This document shows, piece by piece, positions 49,408-59,905 of a stretch of 64,000 nt of DNA (position 1 is the stretch's first letter; each line of letters begins with the position of its first letter). Location of the stretch: assembly GCA_965205975.1 (NCBI GenBank), contig OZ242195.1, positions 4,704,001-4,768,000 on the forward strand. Direction: 5' to 3'. A program made the translations under genes and the position numbers. This stretch comes from Candidatus Latescibacterota bacterium (GTDB taxonomy: Bacteria > Latescibacterota > UBA2968). Under the pieces are notes generated by a model. The model worked only from the letters and a program-made list of their open reading frames with translations, had not been told where the DNA came from and ran no database searches.

Positions 49408-49601
49408 ACTAATTTGAAAGAACACACGGCCTGATATGAGCAAAAGCTATATGGATACAAAAATGTTGTCAAGCGAATTTTCTGACGGACGGTCGATTTT
49501 TTGGTGTGAAAAAGTGGGCAGAAATGCATATCATAGTATTGCAAGACCAGTACATTGCCGATAACTTTGAATTGGATTGCTGGTTGGCAAAGGAGATAAA
49601 A

Positions 49602-50501
49602 ATGCAATATCGCAATCTTGGGCGCACTGGCATTAAAGTATCTGTTGTCGGTCTGGGAGGACACGAGTTCCATCCTGATTCGCGTGTCGCTGGCTTTGGG
49701 GATAACAAGAACCTCGCAGTAACTCCTGGTCACATTTTTCCAGGCTTTGGCGGAGAGAACAGACTGCGGATTGTAGAGACAGCTCTGGAAACTGGGGTCA
49801 ACCTCTTTGATCTGACAATCGATTCTGAGAAAGAGGCTATGGGCAGGATTCTGAGAGCGGTGGATGTCAAAGATGAGATCCTTATACAAACCCGGCCAGA
49901 GGGCATGGTCTATACCTATGACCCGCACAACCGGAAGATGGCGGACTACAGCCTCTTGAGAGCTGAAGCGATCCGAGCTTTGAAGCTCATACAGCGGGAG
50001 GTGATAGACATCTACAACTTTGCCTTTATGGCAGATGCTCTGGAACACTATCCGGACTACCTCGACAAGATTGCGGACAACATCCAGAAGCTCAAGGATG
50101 AGGGGCTGATCCGATTTGCTTCGGCAGATACATTTTCAGGTCCGGAGACTTATGCCAAACAGTATGACAAGGGCTGCTTTGATACAACTTTCATCAACTG
50201 CAATCCCCTCGAAAAGGCCAAATTTGGTGATACCATTGTGAAAGCGAAAAAGCAAGCGTTGGGCATCCTGGGGCGCGTGCTCTTTCAGAAAGCAAAGGTG
50301 TTTGCGATTGCAGAAGAAAAAGGCTACGCCAACAGAGCGCAAGTTGCTAAGGCTCTAATCAAGTGGGCAGTCAAGGATAGCGGGGTTCACACCATCATGT
50401 TGGGTGTCTCCTCTCCGGAGCAGTTGACAGAGAACCTGACTGCCCTAAAAGATCTAAATTATGATGGTGAAGAGAGCAGGATTATAGAGGTGCTGAGCTA
50501 G
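49602..50501 (+). CDS. Aldo/keto reductase family protein
   Basis: MQYRNLGRTGIKVSVVGLGG, GVSSPEQLTEN; AAGGAG RBS. Confidence 0.88.
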   Translation: MQYRNLGRTGIKVSVVGLGGHEFHPDSRVAGFGDNKNLAVTPGHIFPGFGGENRLRIVETALETGVNLFDLTIDSEKEAMGRILRAVDVKDEILIQTRPEGMVYTYDPHNRKMADYSLLRAEAIRALKLIQREVIDIYNFAFMADALEHYPDYLDKIADNIQKLKDEGLIRFASADTFSGPETYAKQYDKGCFDTTFINCNPLEKAKFGDTIVKAKKQALGILGRVLFQKAKVFAIAEEKGYANRAQVAKALIKWAVKDSGVHTIMLGVSSPEQLTENLTALKDLNYDGEESRIIEVLS

Positions 50502-50511
50502 GAATCTTGAT

Positions 50512-51795
50512 ATGCAAATTTCACATGGCGCTCTTGACGGTCATCGCCACCGCGCCCTTATTTCAACAGACATCGGCGGAACCGATCCCGACGACTTCCA
50601 GTCGATGGTGCACCTGCTTCTGTATGCAGATGTCCTCGACATTGAGGGCTTGCTTTCGTCGCCCTACGGCCCGGGCCGGAAGGAGGACATCCTCCGGGTG
50701 ATCACCTGTTATGAGAGCGATTACGAAAACCTTCAGACCTGCTCCAAGGACTACCCCACACCCGACGCATTGCGTGCCATCACCAGGCAGGGTGAGATCG
50801 AAATGGCTCCCTACGCAGGTGTTCGACGTTCAACAGAAGGATCGGAGTGGATCGTGCAGTGTGCACGGCGCGACGATCCGCGTCCCCTGTATGTCCTGGT
50901 TTGGGGGGGTATCGAGGATATCGCGCAAGCCCTGTACGATGCGCCCGACATCCTGACAAAACTGCGTGTGTATTGGATCGGCGGGCCAAATAAAAAATGG
51001 AGCCCCGATGCCTACCAGTACATTGCCGACAACCATCCCGAACTGTGGATCATAGAGAACAATGCCTCATATCGCGGTTGGTTCACCGGTGGTAACCAGT
51101 CGGGCGAATGGGGTAACACGGCATTTGTGGCCAAACATATCGCTGGCTATGGTGCCCTCGGCGATTTTTTTAACGAACAACTCGGCGGCACGGTAAAGAT
51201 GGGCGATACCCCGTCCGTGGGCTGGTTGCTCAAAGGCACCCCCGAAGATCCATCGCAACCCGGATGGGGCGGACAATTTGTGCGCGCCTGGGAACGGCCA
51301 CACATCGTATTTAATCGGCTGACAACTTCTGCAGACCAAATAGAGGCATTCTGCATATTTGAATTGGTTTTGCCGGTTGGCTCAGAAACGCCGACAAATC
51401 CCGCAGCTTCGATGCAAATCGAAAACCAGTTGCTGGTCGGCGACTTTAGCACACATGGCTCGGTGCGCTTCCGCTTTTCTCCAAAGAGTGTGCAAACCTG
51501 GAACTACAAGATCCATAGCAATGTCCCGACACTCGATGGACAAACAGGCGAAATGACATCCTGCCTGCCTTCGCCCGATGCCGCAAAAAATCCATCTGCC
51601 CAGCATCCGAACTGGTGGACAGATAATCCAGCATCGGAGTTCGCCGAAGGCGACCATATTGGTGCCAAAACAGTGAGCCAGTGGCGCGAAGATTTTCTGT
51701 GCGACTTTGCAGAGCGCATGCAGCGTTGTCTTGCGCCCAAGGACAGTGACCCGGCCAATAATCGCTTTAGTTGGGACATTGAATCGACCGAGTGA
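50512..51795 (+). CDS. DUF1593 (nucleoside hydrolase-like) protein
   Basis: STDIGGTDPDDFQSMVHLLLYAD, LVWGG, KMGDTPS, GWGG. Confidence 0.85.
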   Translation: MQISHGALDGHRHRALISTDIGGTDPDDFQSMVHLLLYADVLDIEGLLSSPYGPGRKEDILRVITCYESDYENLQTCSKDYPTPDALRAITRQGEIEMAPYAGVRRSTEGSEWIVQCARRDDPRPLYVLVWGGIEDIAQALYDAPDILTKLRVYWIGGPNKKWSPDAYQYIADNHPELWIIENNASYRGWFTGGNQSGEWGNTAFVAKHIAGYGALGDFFNEQLGGTVKMGDTPSVGWLLKGTPEDPSQPGWGGQFVRAWERPHIVFNRLTTSADQIEAFCIFELVLPVGSETPTNPAASMQIENQLLVGDFSTHGSVRFRFSPKSVQTWNYKIHSNVPTLDGQTGEMTSCLPSPDAAKNPSAQHPNWWTDNPASEFAEGDHIGAKTVSQWREDFLCDFAERMQRCLAPKDSDPANNRFSWDIESTE

Positions 51796-51837
51796 GCGTC
51801 TCAGTTCAAGCATTCGGGTTCTTTATTGGAGGTGTGT

Positions 51838-53301
51838 ATGTCAAAACCCAATATTGTTTTTATATATTCGGATCAGCATCGCGGCGATGCGGTGGGGTGC
51901 GCGGGGCATCCAGTGATTAAGACACCACATCTGGATCGCCTGGGGTCCGAAGGGGTGGTGTTTAGCCAGTGTTATACCAACGGGCCGATTTGTATGCCTG
52001 CGCGAGCGACGATGATGACGGGGCAGTATGTGCGGGAACACGGTGTCTGGCAGAATATTGTTGAGGCCGATCAGCGCGGTCCCAGTCATGTGCGAAATGT
52101 GCGCGATGCGGGCTATCATACTGCCCTGGTGGGCAAGACCCACTTATATACGCACACGGGTGGAACAAAAAGTCAGGAAAAGACGGCAATATTGGAAAAT
52201 TGGGGGTTTGTAGATATTCAAGAGATGCACGGTCCACACGCGTCGGGGGTAAATAGATCGCAGTATTCGGATTATCTCGAAGAATTGGGTTTGTGGGAGA
52301 CGCATCGAGACTATGTGGTCAGGTCAAAGACGCGCCTGGAAGAGGGCAGAGCACGGGCGTGGGAAGATCCGCCCTGTCCATTGCCTTCTGAAAGCCATCT
52401 GGACAGTTATACCGGGCGTACGGCCGCAGAATGGGTGCGCGATTACGATGGGGACAAACCGTTCTATTTGCAGGTGCTGTTTCCGGGGCCGCACAATCCC
52501 TTTGATTCACCACAGGAATATCGGGATATGTACAGTATGGATGATATTCCTGTGGGTATTATGGATCTGCCCCAAGAACCGTATCCCAAGTATATTGTGC
52601 GGTCGCTCTTTCGCGCTGGCGATGCCAAAACGATGACCAAAGAAGAAAAGAAACAACTGGTTATCAATTATTATGCAAAGATTACATTGATCGACAATGC
52701 GATCGGGGGTATTATCGAAGCTCTTGAGGCAAAGGGCATGCTGGACAATACCTGGATTATTTACAGTTCAGATCACGGTGAGATGGCAGGGGATCATCGG
52801 TTGAGCCACAAAGGGGTCTTTTACGATATGGCTGTACGGGTGCCTCTGGTTGTGCGTCCTCCGGGGGGACAGGCGGGGTGGATTTCTGAAGGGTTGACGG
52901 ATTGTTTGAATATTACGGCTACGGTTTTAGATGTTGCAGGGGCGGAGTCTTTGGAAAATAGCGATGGGGTTTCGTTTGCACCGCAGGTGTTGGCAGGTCC
53001 GGATGCCGACGGTGCTCAAGAGGGTAAAGATGCTGTGTTTAGTGAAGTCGATGGGTTTACGATGGTTTTTGATGGGCGATACAAGCTGGTGGTTGAGTCC
53101 GCGTCTGAGAAGCCGGTTGAGATGTATGATTGTCAAAATGATCCCTGCGAACTGAATAATGTTTTTGAGGATCCCGATCTGGAATCTGTCCGGGGAGATT
53201 TGATCGATACGCACTTGAGTGGGATTAGAGACCGATTGGATCGGGAGAAGCTCGAGTTTTATCGGGCGATTCCGGCAAAGACGTATTCTCCACCAGGATA
53301 A
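51838..53301 (+). CDS. Sulfatase
   Basis: PNIVFIYSDQHR, CMPAR, GKTH, SDHGEM. Confidence 0.93.
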   Translation: MSKPNIVFIYSDQHRGDAVGCAGHPVIKTPHLDRLGSEGVVFSQCYTNGPICMPARATMMTGQYVREHGVWQNIVEADQRGPSHVRNVRDAGYHTALVGKTHLYTHTGGTKSQEKTAILENWGFVDIQEMHGPHASGVNRSQYSDYLEELGLWETHRDYVVRSKTRLEEGRARAWEDPPCPLPSESHLDSYTGRTAAEWVRDYDGDKPFYLQVLFPGPHNPFDSPQEYRDMYSMDDIPVGIMDLPQEPYPKYIVRSLFRAGDAKTMTKEEKKQLVINYYAKITLIDNAIGGIIEALEAKGMLDNTWIIYSSDHGEMAGDHRLSHKGVFYDMAVRVPLVVRPPGGQAGWISEGLTDCLNITATVLDVAGAESLENSDGVSFAPQVLAGPDADGAQEGKDAVFSEVDGFTMVFDGRYKLVVESASEKPVEMYDCQNDPCELNNVFEDPDLESVRGDLIDTHLSGIRDRLDREKLEFYRAIPAKTYSPPG

Positions 53302-53598
53302 GCATTCCATTAAAAGTAAATTTAGACTTGACCCATTTGATTGGACAACGTATCTCTAAGTCGGAGCTACTAAAGGGGCTCGCTGGTACCCGGAAGACTC
53401 TCCATCTGGAATTGTGCCGAAAAAAAAATAATAGAACAAAAAGCATAATTTTGGCATAATTATGCACAATTAATTTTATAAGTATTTGTTTTATATAGAT
53501 TTGAAAACAGAAAAAAATGGATATAAAATGTGTATAAATGTGTATAAAATACGCATAAAAAGTAAAAAATATATACAATAGTACAATTAGAGGCTATT

Positions 53599-54390
53599 AT
53601 GGACGCGGTTCAGGTTGCCGATAGTATTACAAAGCTCGGTTCTCAGTCGCGGGGAACTGTTTTGGTTGCCGCTTCTCACGGGGGGCGGTATTGCGGGTAT
53701 CTCGCAGCATTGGCTGGTCTTCAGGGTGTTATTTTTAACGATGCGGGTGTTGGGAAGGACAATGCGGGGATTGGGTCGCTCGGTTATTTGCAAAGTTTCG
53801 GACTCGCTGCTGCCGCGATTGCACATACGTCAGCGCGTATTGGCGATGGGGCAGATATGCTCAAGCGCGGGCGTATTAGTTTTTGCAATGAGATAGCCCG
53901 TGCGCTGGGCTGTGAAGAGGGGCAGGCTTGTCGAGAGGCGGCTGAAGTTTTGTGTAATGGCATACCCTTTGAAGGGGATGTTCCGGGCTACGAGGAATCG
54001 CGCTCTGTATTGCAAGAGGTGCCTGTGCTTACGATTGCATGTGATTCTGCATCGCTTGTTATGCCTGAGGATGCAGGTGCGTTTATTATTACGGGGTCGC
54101 ACGGTGGAGTGATTGCGGGCAGGCCCGATTATGGTATTGCAGCAGAGGCGAGAGGCGCGGTGTTTAATGATGCGGGGGTCGGTGTTGATCGGGCGGGTGT
54201 TCGGCGTCTTGAGGTTCTGGATCGCGCCGGTATTCCCGCGGGGACAGTGGATGCGATGACCGCCTGTATCGGCGATGCGGTTTCCGCATGGGAAGGCGGT
54301 GTTCTGTCGTATGTCAATTTACAGGCGGAAAGCCGCGGTGTTAAAGCGGGGATGACGGTTCCGGAGTTTGGGGAGAGGCTTAGTTTGTAA
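53599..54390 (+). CDS. Uncharacterised protein with two internal repeats
   Basis: SHGG..FNDAGVG..A(R/C)IGD..G occurs twice. Confidence 0.75.
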   Translation: MDAVQVADSITKLGSQSRGTVLVAASHGGRYCGYLAALAGLQGVIFNDAGVGKDNAGIGSLGYLQSFGLAAAAIAHTSARIGDGADMLKRGRISFCNEIARALGCEEGQACREAAEVLCNGIPFEGDVPGYEESRSVLQEVPVLTIACDSASLVMPEDAGAFIITGSHGGVIAGRPDYGIAAEARGAVFNDAGVGVDRAGVRRLEVLDRAGIPAGTVDAMTACIGDAVSAWEGGVLSYVNLQAESRGVKAGMTVPEFGERLSL

Positions 54391-54402
54391 AAAGCAAAAA
54401 AT

Positions 54403-54436
54403 GCAACCACAGATGAACACAGATGAACACGGATGG
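54403..54436 (+). repeat. 34-bp decamer-based dispersed repeat, copy 2
   Basis: GCAACCACAGATGAACACAGATGAACACGGATGG. Confidence 0.85.
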
Positions 54437-54503
54437 TTACGCTGTTGCTCATCACTAAATATGTGCAAAACACTGTAATCTCCCTTTTCTGTATGGTATT
54501 TCT

Positions 54504-56234
54504 ATGTCTTCAGTTGTACACATGAATGGCGGGCAGGCGCTTGCCGAGATGTTTCGCCTTCACAATCCTGCGCCTATGTTCGGTATGGGAGGGTTTCAAC
54601 TCCTGCCTTTTTACGATGCGGTGCGCGAGTTGGGGCTTTCGCATACGTTGATCAATGATGAGCGGTGTGGTATTTTTGCCGCCGATGCCTGGGCGCGCGT
54701 GACTGGTCGTCCCGGTATATGCGATGGTACGCTGGGTCCCGGGGCGACGAATCTGGTTACGGGCCTGGTGGAGTCTCTCAATGCGGGTGTTCCGCTTATT
54801 GTTGTTGTGGGTAATAGCAATCGCGAGCATTCATGGAAGAATATGACGCAGGAGGCGCGTCAGACGGAGATTTTGGCGCCAGCGGCTAAAGCGCTTATTC
54901 GGATCGAGAGCGGCTATCGCATTCCCGAGCTTGTGCGGCGTGCGTACGCTGTTGCCACGTCCGGACGGCCGGGACCTGTTGTGCTCGATGTTCCCGAGGA
55001 TATTGTGCATGGGGAGTATGATTATCCCAGGGCGGATTTTTTTGTGGATCCAGAAACGCTGAGTATTCCCGCACAGCGTTCGCGCCCGGGGCGAGATGCA
55101 GTTGCGCGCGCGGCAGCGTGTTTGCGCGATGCCCGGCGGCCGATTATTCTCGCTGGCGGCGGTGTCCATCTTTCTGGCGCTTATTGCGAACTTCAGAGCT
55201 TTGCGGAGGCATTTGGTATTCCAGTTGCGCAAACGCTGAGTGGCAAGGGTGCGATTCCCTGTATTCATCCGCTCAGCGTGGGGCTGTTCGGACGCTGGTC
55301 GCGGATTGCCAATGATTTGATTGCGTCTGCAGATTGTATTCTGTCTGTTGGATGCAAGATGGGCGAGATTGCCACGAAACGCTATGATTTGATTCCGCGC
55401 GATGTGCCTTTTATTCATCTCGATATTGTGGCTGAGGAAATTGGGCGTACGACGCCTGCTACCGTTTCGCTTTGGGGCGATGCGGCTGAGGGTTTGCGCG
55501 ATCTTCAGGCGTGTTTGTCCTCTGACCGGGTGGCGATACAGCAGATGCGCGTGGACTATTTGACCGAGGTCTCAGAGCGGATGGCTGCCTGGCGAGCCGA
55601 AGCAGAGCCGCGTTATGCGTCTGACGAGAGACCCGTCAATATGGCGCGGGTGGTGCGCGAGTTGCAAAATGCGATGCCCGAAGACGGTATTCTGGTTGTG
55701 GATGGAGGTTTTGCCGCGCATTGGACGGGTTTGCTCTACGATTCGACCCGGTCTGGGCGTACGTATATTGCCAATCGCGGATTTGCTTCTATCGGTTACG
55801 GGTTGCCGGGTACGATGGGCGCGCAACTCGCTGCGGGGGATTCTCCCGTTGTTGGTTTGACGGGAGATGCAGGGTTTAATATGGTGCTTGGCGAATTGGA
55901 GACAGCCCGGCGTCTTGAGCTTGGGTTTACGCTTGCGATTGTGAATAATGCGGCTTCGGGTTATGTCAAAGCGCTTCAGCACAATATGTATGCGGGTCGC
56001 TATCAGTCGAGCGATTTGAGCGAGACGGATTATGCCGATACGGCCCGCGCACTCGGCTGTCAGGGTATTCGCGTAGATGATCCCGGGGCGTTGCAAGACG
56101 CTTTTGCCGAGGGGATTGCCAATCGCGATATGCCTACGATTATCGATGTTATTGTTACGAGAGATCCATCAAAAATGTTGCCGGGCGTTGATAGCCGAAC
56201 CGCGCCGGTTAAAAAGGGTGATAGGCCAGCGTAA
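54504..56234 (+). CDS. Thiamine diphosphate-binding enzyme (acetolactate synthase-like)
   Basis: NDER, GPGATN, SGRPGPV, GDAGF..NN ThDP motif. Confidence 0.9.
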   Translation: MSSVVHMNGGQALAEMFRLHNPAPMFGMGGFQLLPFYDAVRELGLSHTLINDERCGIFAADAWARVTGRPGICDGTLGPGATNLVTGLVESLNAGVPLIVVVGNSNREHSWKNMTQEARQTEILAPAAKALIRIESGYRIPELVRRAYAVATSGRPGPVVLDVPEDIVHGEYDYPRADFFVDPETLSIPAQRSRPGRDAVARAAACLRDARRPIILAGGGVHLSGAYCELQSFAEAFGIPVAQTLSGKGAIPCIHPLSVGLFGRWSRIANDLIASADCILSVGCKMGEIATKRYDLIPRDVPFIHLDIVAEEIGRTTPATVSLWGDAAEGLRDLQACLSSDRVAIQQMRVDYLTEVSERMAAWRAEAEPRYASDERPVNMARVVRELQNAMPEDGILVVDGGFAAHWTGLLYDSTRSGRTYIANRGFASIGYGLPGTMGAQLAAGDSPVVGLTGDAGFNMVLGELETARRLELGFTLAIVNNAASGYVKALQHNMYAGRYQSSDLSETDYADTARALGCQGIRVDDPGALQDAFAEGIANRDMPTIIDVIVTRDPSKMLPGVDSRTAPVKKGDRPA

Positions 56235-56240
56235 AAAGCG

Positions 56241-56340
56241 CGAATAGACGAATAGACGAATAGACGAATGGTAATACATACTGATTTTGGGAGGATGGGC
56301 GGGGTTCGTTGATTCGCAGATTCGCAGATTCGCAGATTCG
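56241..56340. repeat. Element bounded by inverted octamer arrays (CGAATAGA)x3 ... (GATTCGCA)x3
   Basis: Read directly; inner TTGGGAGGATGGGCGGGGTTCGT resembles TTGGGTGGTAGGGTGGGGTTCGT in the 11.8 kb element. Confidence 0.8.
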
Positions 56341-56357
56341 TTCAGGGAGATTATCTT

Positions 56358-57323
56358 ATGGCTCTTACACAAGAGAAACAACTCGAGATGCTGCGGATTA
56401 TGCAAACGATCCGGCGCTTTGAAGAGCGCGCGTCTGATGATTATCGCGCGGGGGATATTTACGGCGTGGTCCATTGTTACATCGGCGAGGAGGCCGTTGC
56501 TACGGGTGTCTGTGCCGCGCTCAATCCGGACGACCAGATTATCAGTACGCATCGGGGGCACGGGCATTGTATTGCCAAGGGCGCGGATTTGAAGCGTATG
56601 ATGGCTGAGCTTTATGGGCGGGAGACGGGGTATTGTAAGGGCAAAGGGGGATCGATGCATATCGCCGATTTTAGCATTGGGATGCTGGGTGCAAATGGTA
56701 TTGTCGCAGGTGGCATACCGATTGTTACGGGTGCTGGTCTGGCCGCGCAGCTCGAGGGTAAGGGGCGGGTTGCGGTCTCGTTTTTTGGCGATGGGGCGTC
56801 AAATGCAGGTCCGTTTCACGAGTCGATCAATATTGCTGCGGCGTGGAAGCTGCCCATGATCTATGTTTGCGAAAATAATCTTTACGCGGCGAGTACTTCG
56901 GCGGCAAGTACGCTGGCGCATAGCGATGTTGCCGCACGTGCCGCGGGGTACGATATCCCGGGCGTGGTTGTCGATGGGAATGATGTGATGGCGGTTTATG
57001 ATGCGACGCAGGAGGCTGTTGCGCGTGCGCGCAGTGGCGAGGGTCCCTCGTTGATTGAGTGCAAGACTTATCGCTGGCGAGGGCATACGGAGAGGGTTGG
57101 TGGGGCTGATCCAAGGCCGCAAAGCGAGATCCGCGCTTGGCAGGAGAGAGATCCTATTGAGCGGTTTGTCGCGGGTCTGATGGATCAGGGTTGTCTTACC
57201 CAGGAGGCGTGGCAAGAGATGGATGAAGAAATTCTCGCGGAGATTGAAGCGTCGGTGCAATTTTCCAAAGAGAGTCCATTTCCAAATTTAGAAGCTGCAG
57301 TCGAAGATGTTTTTGCCGAGTGA
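56358..57323 (+). CDS. ThDP-dependent dehydrogenase E1 alpha (acetoin/pyruvate type)
   Basis: HCYIGEEA, STHRGHGH, GKGGSMH, FFGDGA..ENN, TYRWRGH. Confidence 0.93.
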   Translation: MALTQEKQLEMLRIMQTIRRFEERASDDYRAGDIYGVVHCYIGEEAVATGVCAALNPDDQIISTHRGHGHCIAKGADLKRMMAELYGRETGYCKGKGGSMHIADFSIGMLGANGIVAGGIPIVTGAGLAAQLEGKGRVAVSFFGDGASNAGPFHESINIAAAWKLPMIYVCENNLYAASTSAASTLAHSDVAARAAGYDIPGVVVDGNDVMAVYDATQEAVARARSGEGPSLIECKTYRWRGHTERVGGADPRPQSEIRAWQERDPIERFVAGLMDQGCLTQEAWQEMDEEILAEIEASVQFSKESPFPNLEAAVEDVFAE

Positions 57324-57338
57324 GTCGAGGATAATACG

Positions 57339-58298
57339 ATGAGAAGAATCTCTTATGCACAGGCCGGGATGGAAGCCCTTGTAGAAGAAATGAGGCGCGA
57401 TCCTACGACGTTTCATCTGTCAACCGATGCGCCCGATGCGCTCGTCGAAGAGTTTGGGTCTGAGCGCGTGCGCGCTACGCCCATTGCCGAAGGCGCGCTT
57501 ACGGGTATCGCTGTTGGTGCTGCCGGGTCTGGCTTTCGTCCGATTATTAACTGGAGTATGGTTACGTTTTCTTTTGTGGCGATGGACCAGATTGTGAATC
57601 AGGCAGCCAAGATTCACTATATGTTCGGGGGGCAGGTGAAATTTCCGATTACTTTTCGCACGTCGGTCGGTGGCGGCAGGCGGGTTGCGGCGCAGCATTC
57701 GCAGAGTCCGTATTCGATGTTTATGAATCTGGCTGGGTTGAAGATGATATTGCCTTCGACGCCTTATGATATGAAGGGGCTTCTCAAAACTGTTATTCGG
57801 GATGATAATCCCGTCATTTCTTTTGAGTCCAATCGCCTCATGGGTGTTGCAGGTGAAGTTCCCGATGAGCCTTATACCGTGCCTTTGGGCAAGGCGGATA
57901 TCAAGCGCGAGGGTACAGATGTGACCATTGTCGCGCTGGCATGGCTGGTACACGAAGCGCTGGCGGCTGCGGAGGTGCTGGACAAAGAGGGTGTTTCCGT
58001 TGAGGTGCTGGATCCGCGCACACTGGTTCCGCTCGATTGCGATGCTATTCGCATGTCTGTGCAAAAGACCGGGCGGCTGGTTATTGCAGACGAGGCGGGT
58101 CCCACAGCAGGTGCCTCAGCCGAGATTGCTGCTGTGGCGACCGAAGATGCGGAGACGTTTGCAAAGATGAAAGCACCCGTCAAACGCGTCTGCGCCCTCC
58201 ATGTACCCATCCCGTACACGCCTCAGTTGGAAGACCACGTTTTTCCTGATCGGGATAATATTGTTGCAGGTGTCAGGGAGGTGATGGACGCCGGATAG
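57339..58298 (+). CDS. ThDP-dependent dehydrogenase E1 beta
   Basis: TPIAE, DQIVNQAAK, AAQHSQ, DPRTLVPLD. Confidence 0.92.
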   Translation: MRRISYAQAGMEALVEEMRRDPTTFHLSTDAPDALVEEFGSERVRATPIAEGALTGIAVGAAGSGFRPIINWSMVTFSFVAMDQIVNQAAKIHYMFGGQVKFPITFRTSVGGGRRVAAQHSQSPYSMFMNLAGLKMILPSTPYDMKGLLKTVIRDDNPVISFESNRLMGVAGEVPDEPYTVPLGKADIKREGTDVTIVALAWLVHEALAAAEVLDKEGVSVEVLDPRTLVPLDCDAIRMSVQKTGRLVIADEAGPTAGASAEIAAVATEDAETFAKMKAPVKRVCALHVPIPYTPQLEDHVFPDRDNIVAGVREVMDAG

Positions 58299-58337
58299 GA
58301 AAGCGGGGTAACTCTAAAGGTCGTATTTAGACGAAAT

Positions 58338-58368
58338 AAAAAACCACGTCCTTCAGGCGTGGTTTTTT
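58338..58368 (+). terminator. Hairpin/terminator, also repeated at 62341-62371
   Basis: AAAAAACCACGTC-CTTCA-GGCGTGGTTTTTT. Confidence 0.75.
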
Positions 58369-58393
58369 GTTCTGTTTTTCCAGGAGGTGTAGT

Positions 58394-59401
58394 TTGACGC
58401 AAAATTCAAAATTTTCAGTGATTATTCCGACATATAATCGCGCGAACTATGTTGTGGAGGCTATTGAGAGCGTTTTGCAACAGACGTATCAGAGGTTTGA
58501 ACTCATTGTGGTGAATGATGGTTCTACGGATGATACGGCAGAGGTGATCGGGCGGTTTGGAGATCGGATTCGCTATATGGAAAAGGCAAATGGCGGGAAG
58601 GCGTCTGCTGTGAATCTGGGTCTGAAATATGTGACGGGTGAGTATGTTTGGATTTTGGACGATGATGATATTGGCTTGCCGAATAAGCTCGAGTTGCACG
58701 TGGCGCAGTTTGCAGAAGATCCGGATTTGAAATTTGTCTATACGGGTTATGAATTCATAGAGGGGGAGAGAAGCGATGTGCCCGTTCGATCTTTTGAAGC
58801 GAGAATGCCGCCCTTATGCGATATGGTGATGTATTTGTTCGGGCGGTTTGAATTGTGCAGTCCCACTGTGGTTGCCCATCGGATGTGTTATGACAGGGTC
58901 GGCTGTTTTGATGAACGTTTGATTCGCGGACAAGATTACGATATGTGGATTCGCATGATACGCGCTGGGTTTAAAATTGGGATTATCGTACAACCCACGC
59001 TCCGGTGTCGTATGCATGAGGGTGATCGGGGGTCGGCGTCTGATCGCTTTTCCGCCAGTGATATTGCCAAGAAGAACCGGGAATATCTGGGGCTTATTGT
59101 GCAGAAGTTGTATTGGGAGTTGCCCCTACAGGCTTTTTACAGTCGTTTAGCTCAAGATCCAAATGACCCGATTTTGATTATGAAGGCGCTGTTGCGGCGT
59201 TTGTGGGTGATGCCCCTGCCTGCGCTACAGGACGAGGTGTTGCGCGATTTGGATATGTTGGAAACGCATGTCGAGCAGCATCGCTTGTCGTTTGATGACT
59301 CCGCCCACCGTTTTTTGATAAGTCTAAAAAATACAACAGAACAAACCACGCCCCGTGTTGCCAAAAAGGTTGAAAAAATTCTGAACATTCCACATGATTA
59401 A
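58394..59401 (+). CDS. Glycosyltransferase family 2
   Basis: SVIIPTYNR, VNDGSTD, LDDDD, QDYDMW; AGGAGG RBS before TTG. Confidence 0.92.
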   Translation: MTQNSKFSVIIPTYNRANYVVEAIESVLQQTYQRFELIVVNDGSTDDTAEVIGRFGDRIRYMEKANGGKASAVNLGLKYVTGEYVWILDDDDIGLPNKLELHVAQFAEDPDLKFVYTGYEFIEGERSDVPVRSFEARMPPLCDMVMYLFGRFELCSPTVVAHRMCYDRVGCFDERLIRGQDYDMWIRMIRAGFKIGIIVQPTLRCRMHEGDRGSASDRFSASDIAKKNREYLGLIVQKLYWELPLQAFYSRLAQDPNDPILIMKALLRRLWVMPLPALQDEVLRDLDMLETHVEQHRLSFDDSAHRFLISLKNTTEQTTPRVAKKVEKILNIPHD

Positions 59402-59711
59402 CATGATTACCAGGAAGTTTCTTGCCTTTTGGGGTGTTTCCTTGGTTTTTTTAGGTGGATCTTTTTTTTCTCAAGGCAGTTCATCTAATAAGAGGAGTAG
59501 TGGCCCCTACGAAAATCTGCTTTCAGAATCTCTATTTGCCAGAGATGCCTTGGCTATCGAGTGTGGTGTATGCGCAGTACATGCTGGACAAGGCAAAGCA
59601 ACCGAATGGCAATGCGATGATAACGAGTTAGATTCCGAGTGTGAAATTGACGTTGACGAAAATGGTGAACAAACTTGTTCAGATTGGTATAGTGATGCTT
59701 GTAGTTGGTAA
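59394..59711 (+). CDS. Small secreted acidic peptide with six C-terminal Cys
   Basis: Signal-like RKFLAFWGVSLVFLGG, then DALA|IECGVC...C...C...C...CSW; overlaps GT2 stop. Confidence 0.65.
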   Translation: MINMITRKFLAFWGVSLVFLGGSFFSQGSSSNKRSSGPYENLLSESLFARDALAIECGVCAVHAGQGKATEWQCDDNELDSECEIDVDENGEQTCSDWYSDACSW

Positions 59712-59905
59712 TTGAAATTCAAGAGTCTTTCACTCTGGTTTCAATTCAGAAGATGAAGATCCGTGATTTCATTCCCTTTGAATCTAAATACGGGTCGTTA
59801 TTTTCTATGTTAAATGCATCTCTAACGTTTGGTAAGCGGACCTCTTTGATTCATATACATCAGACCACCTTGATCAAATGCCGACACTACCCGAGGTGAT
59901 ATGTC

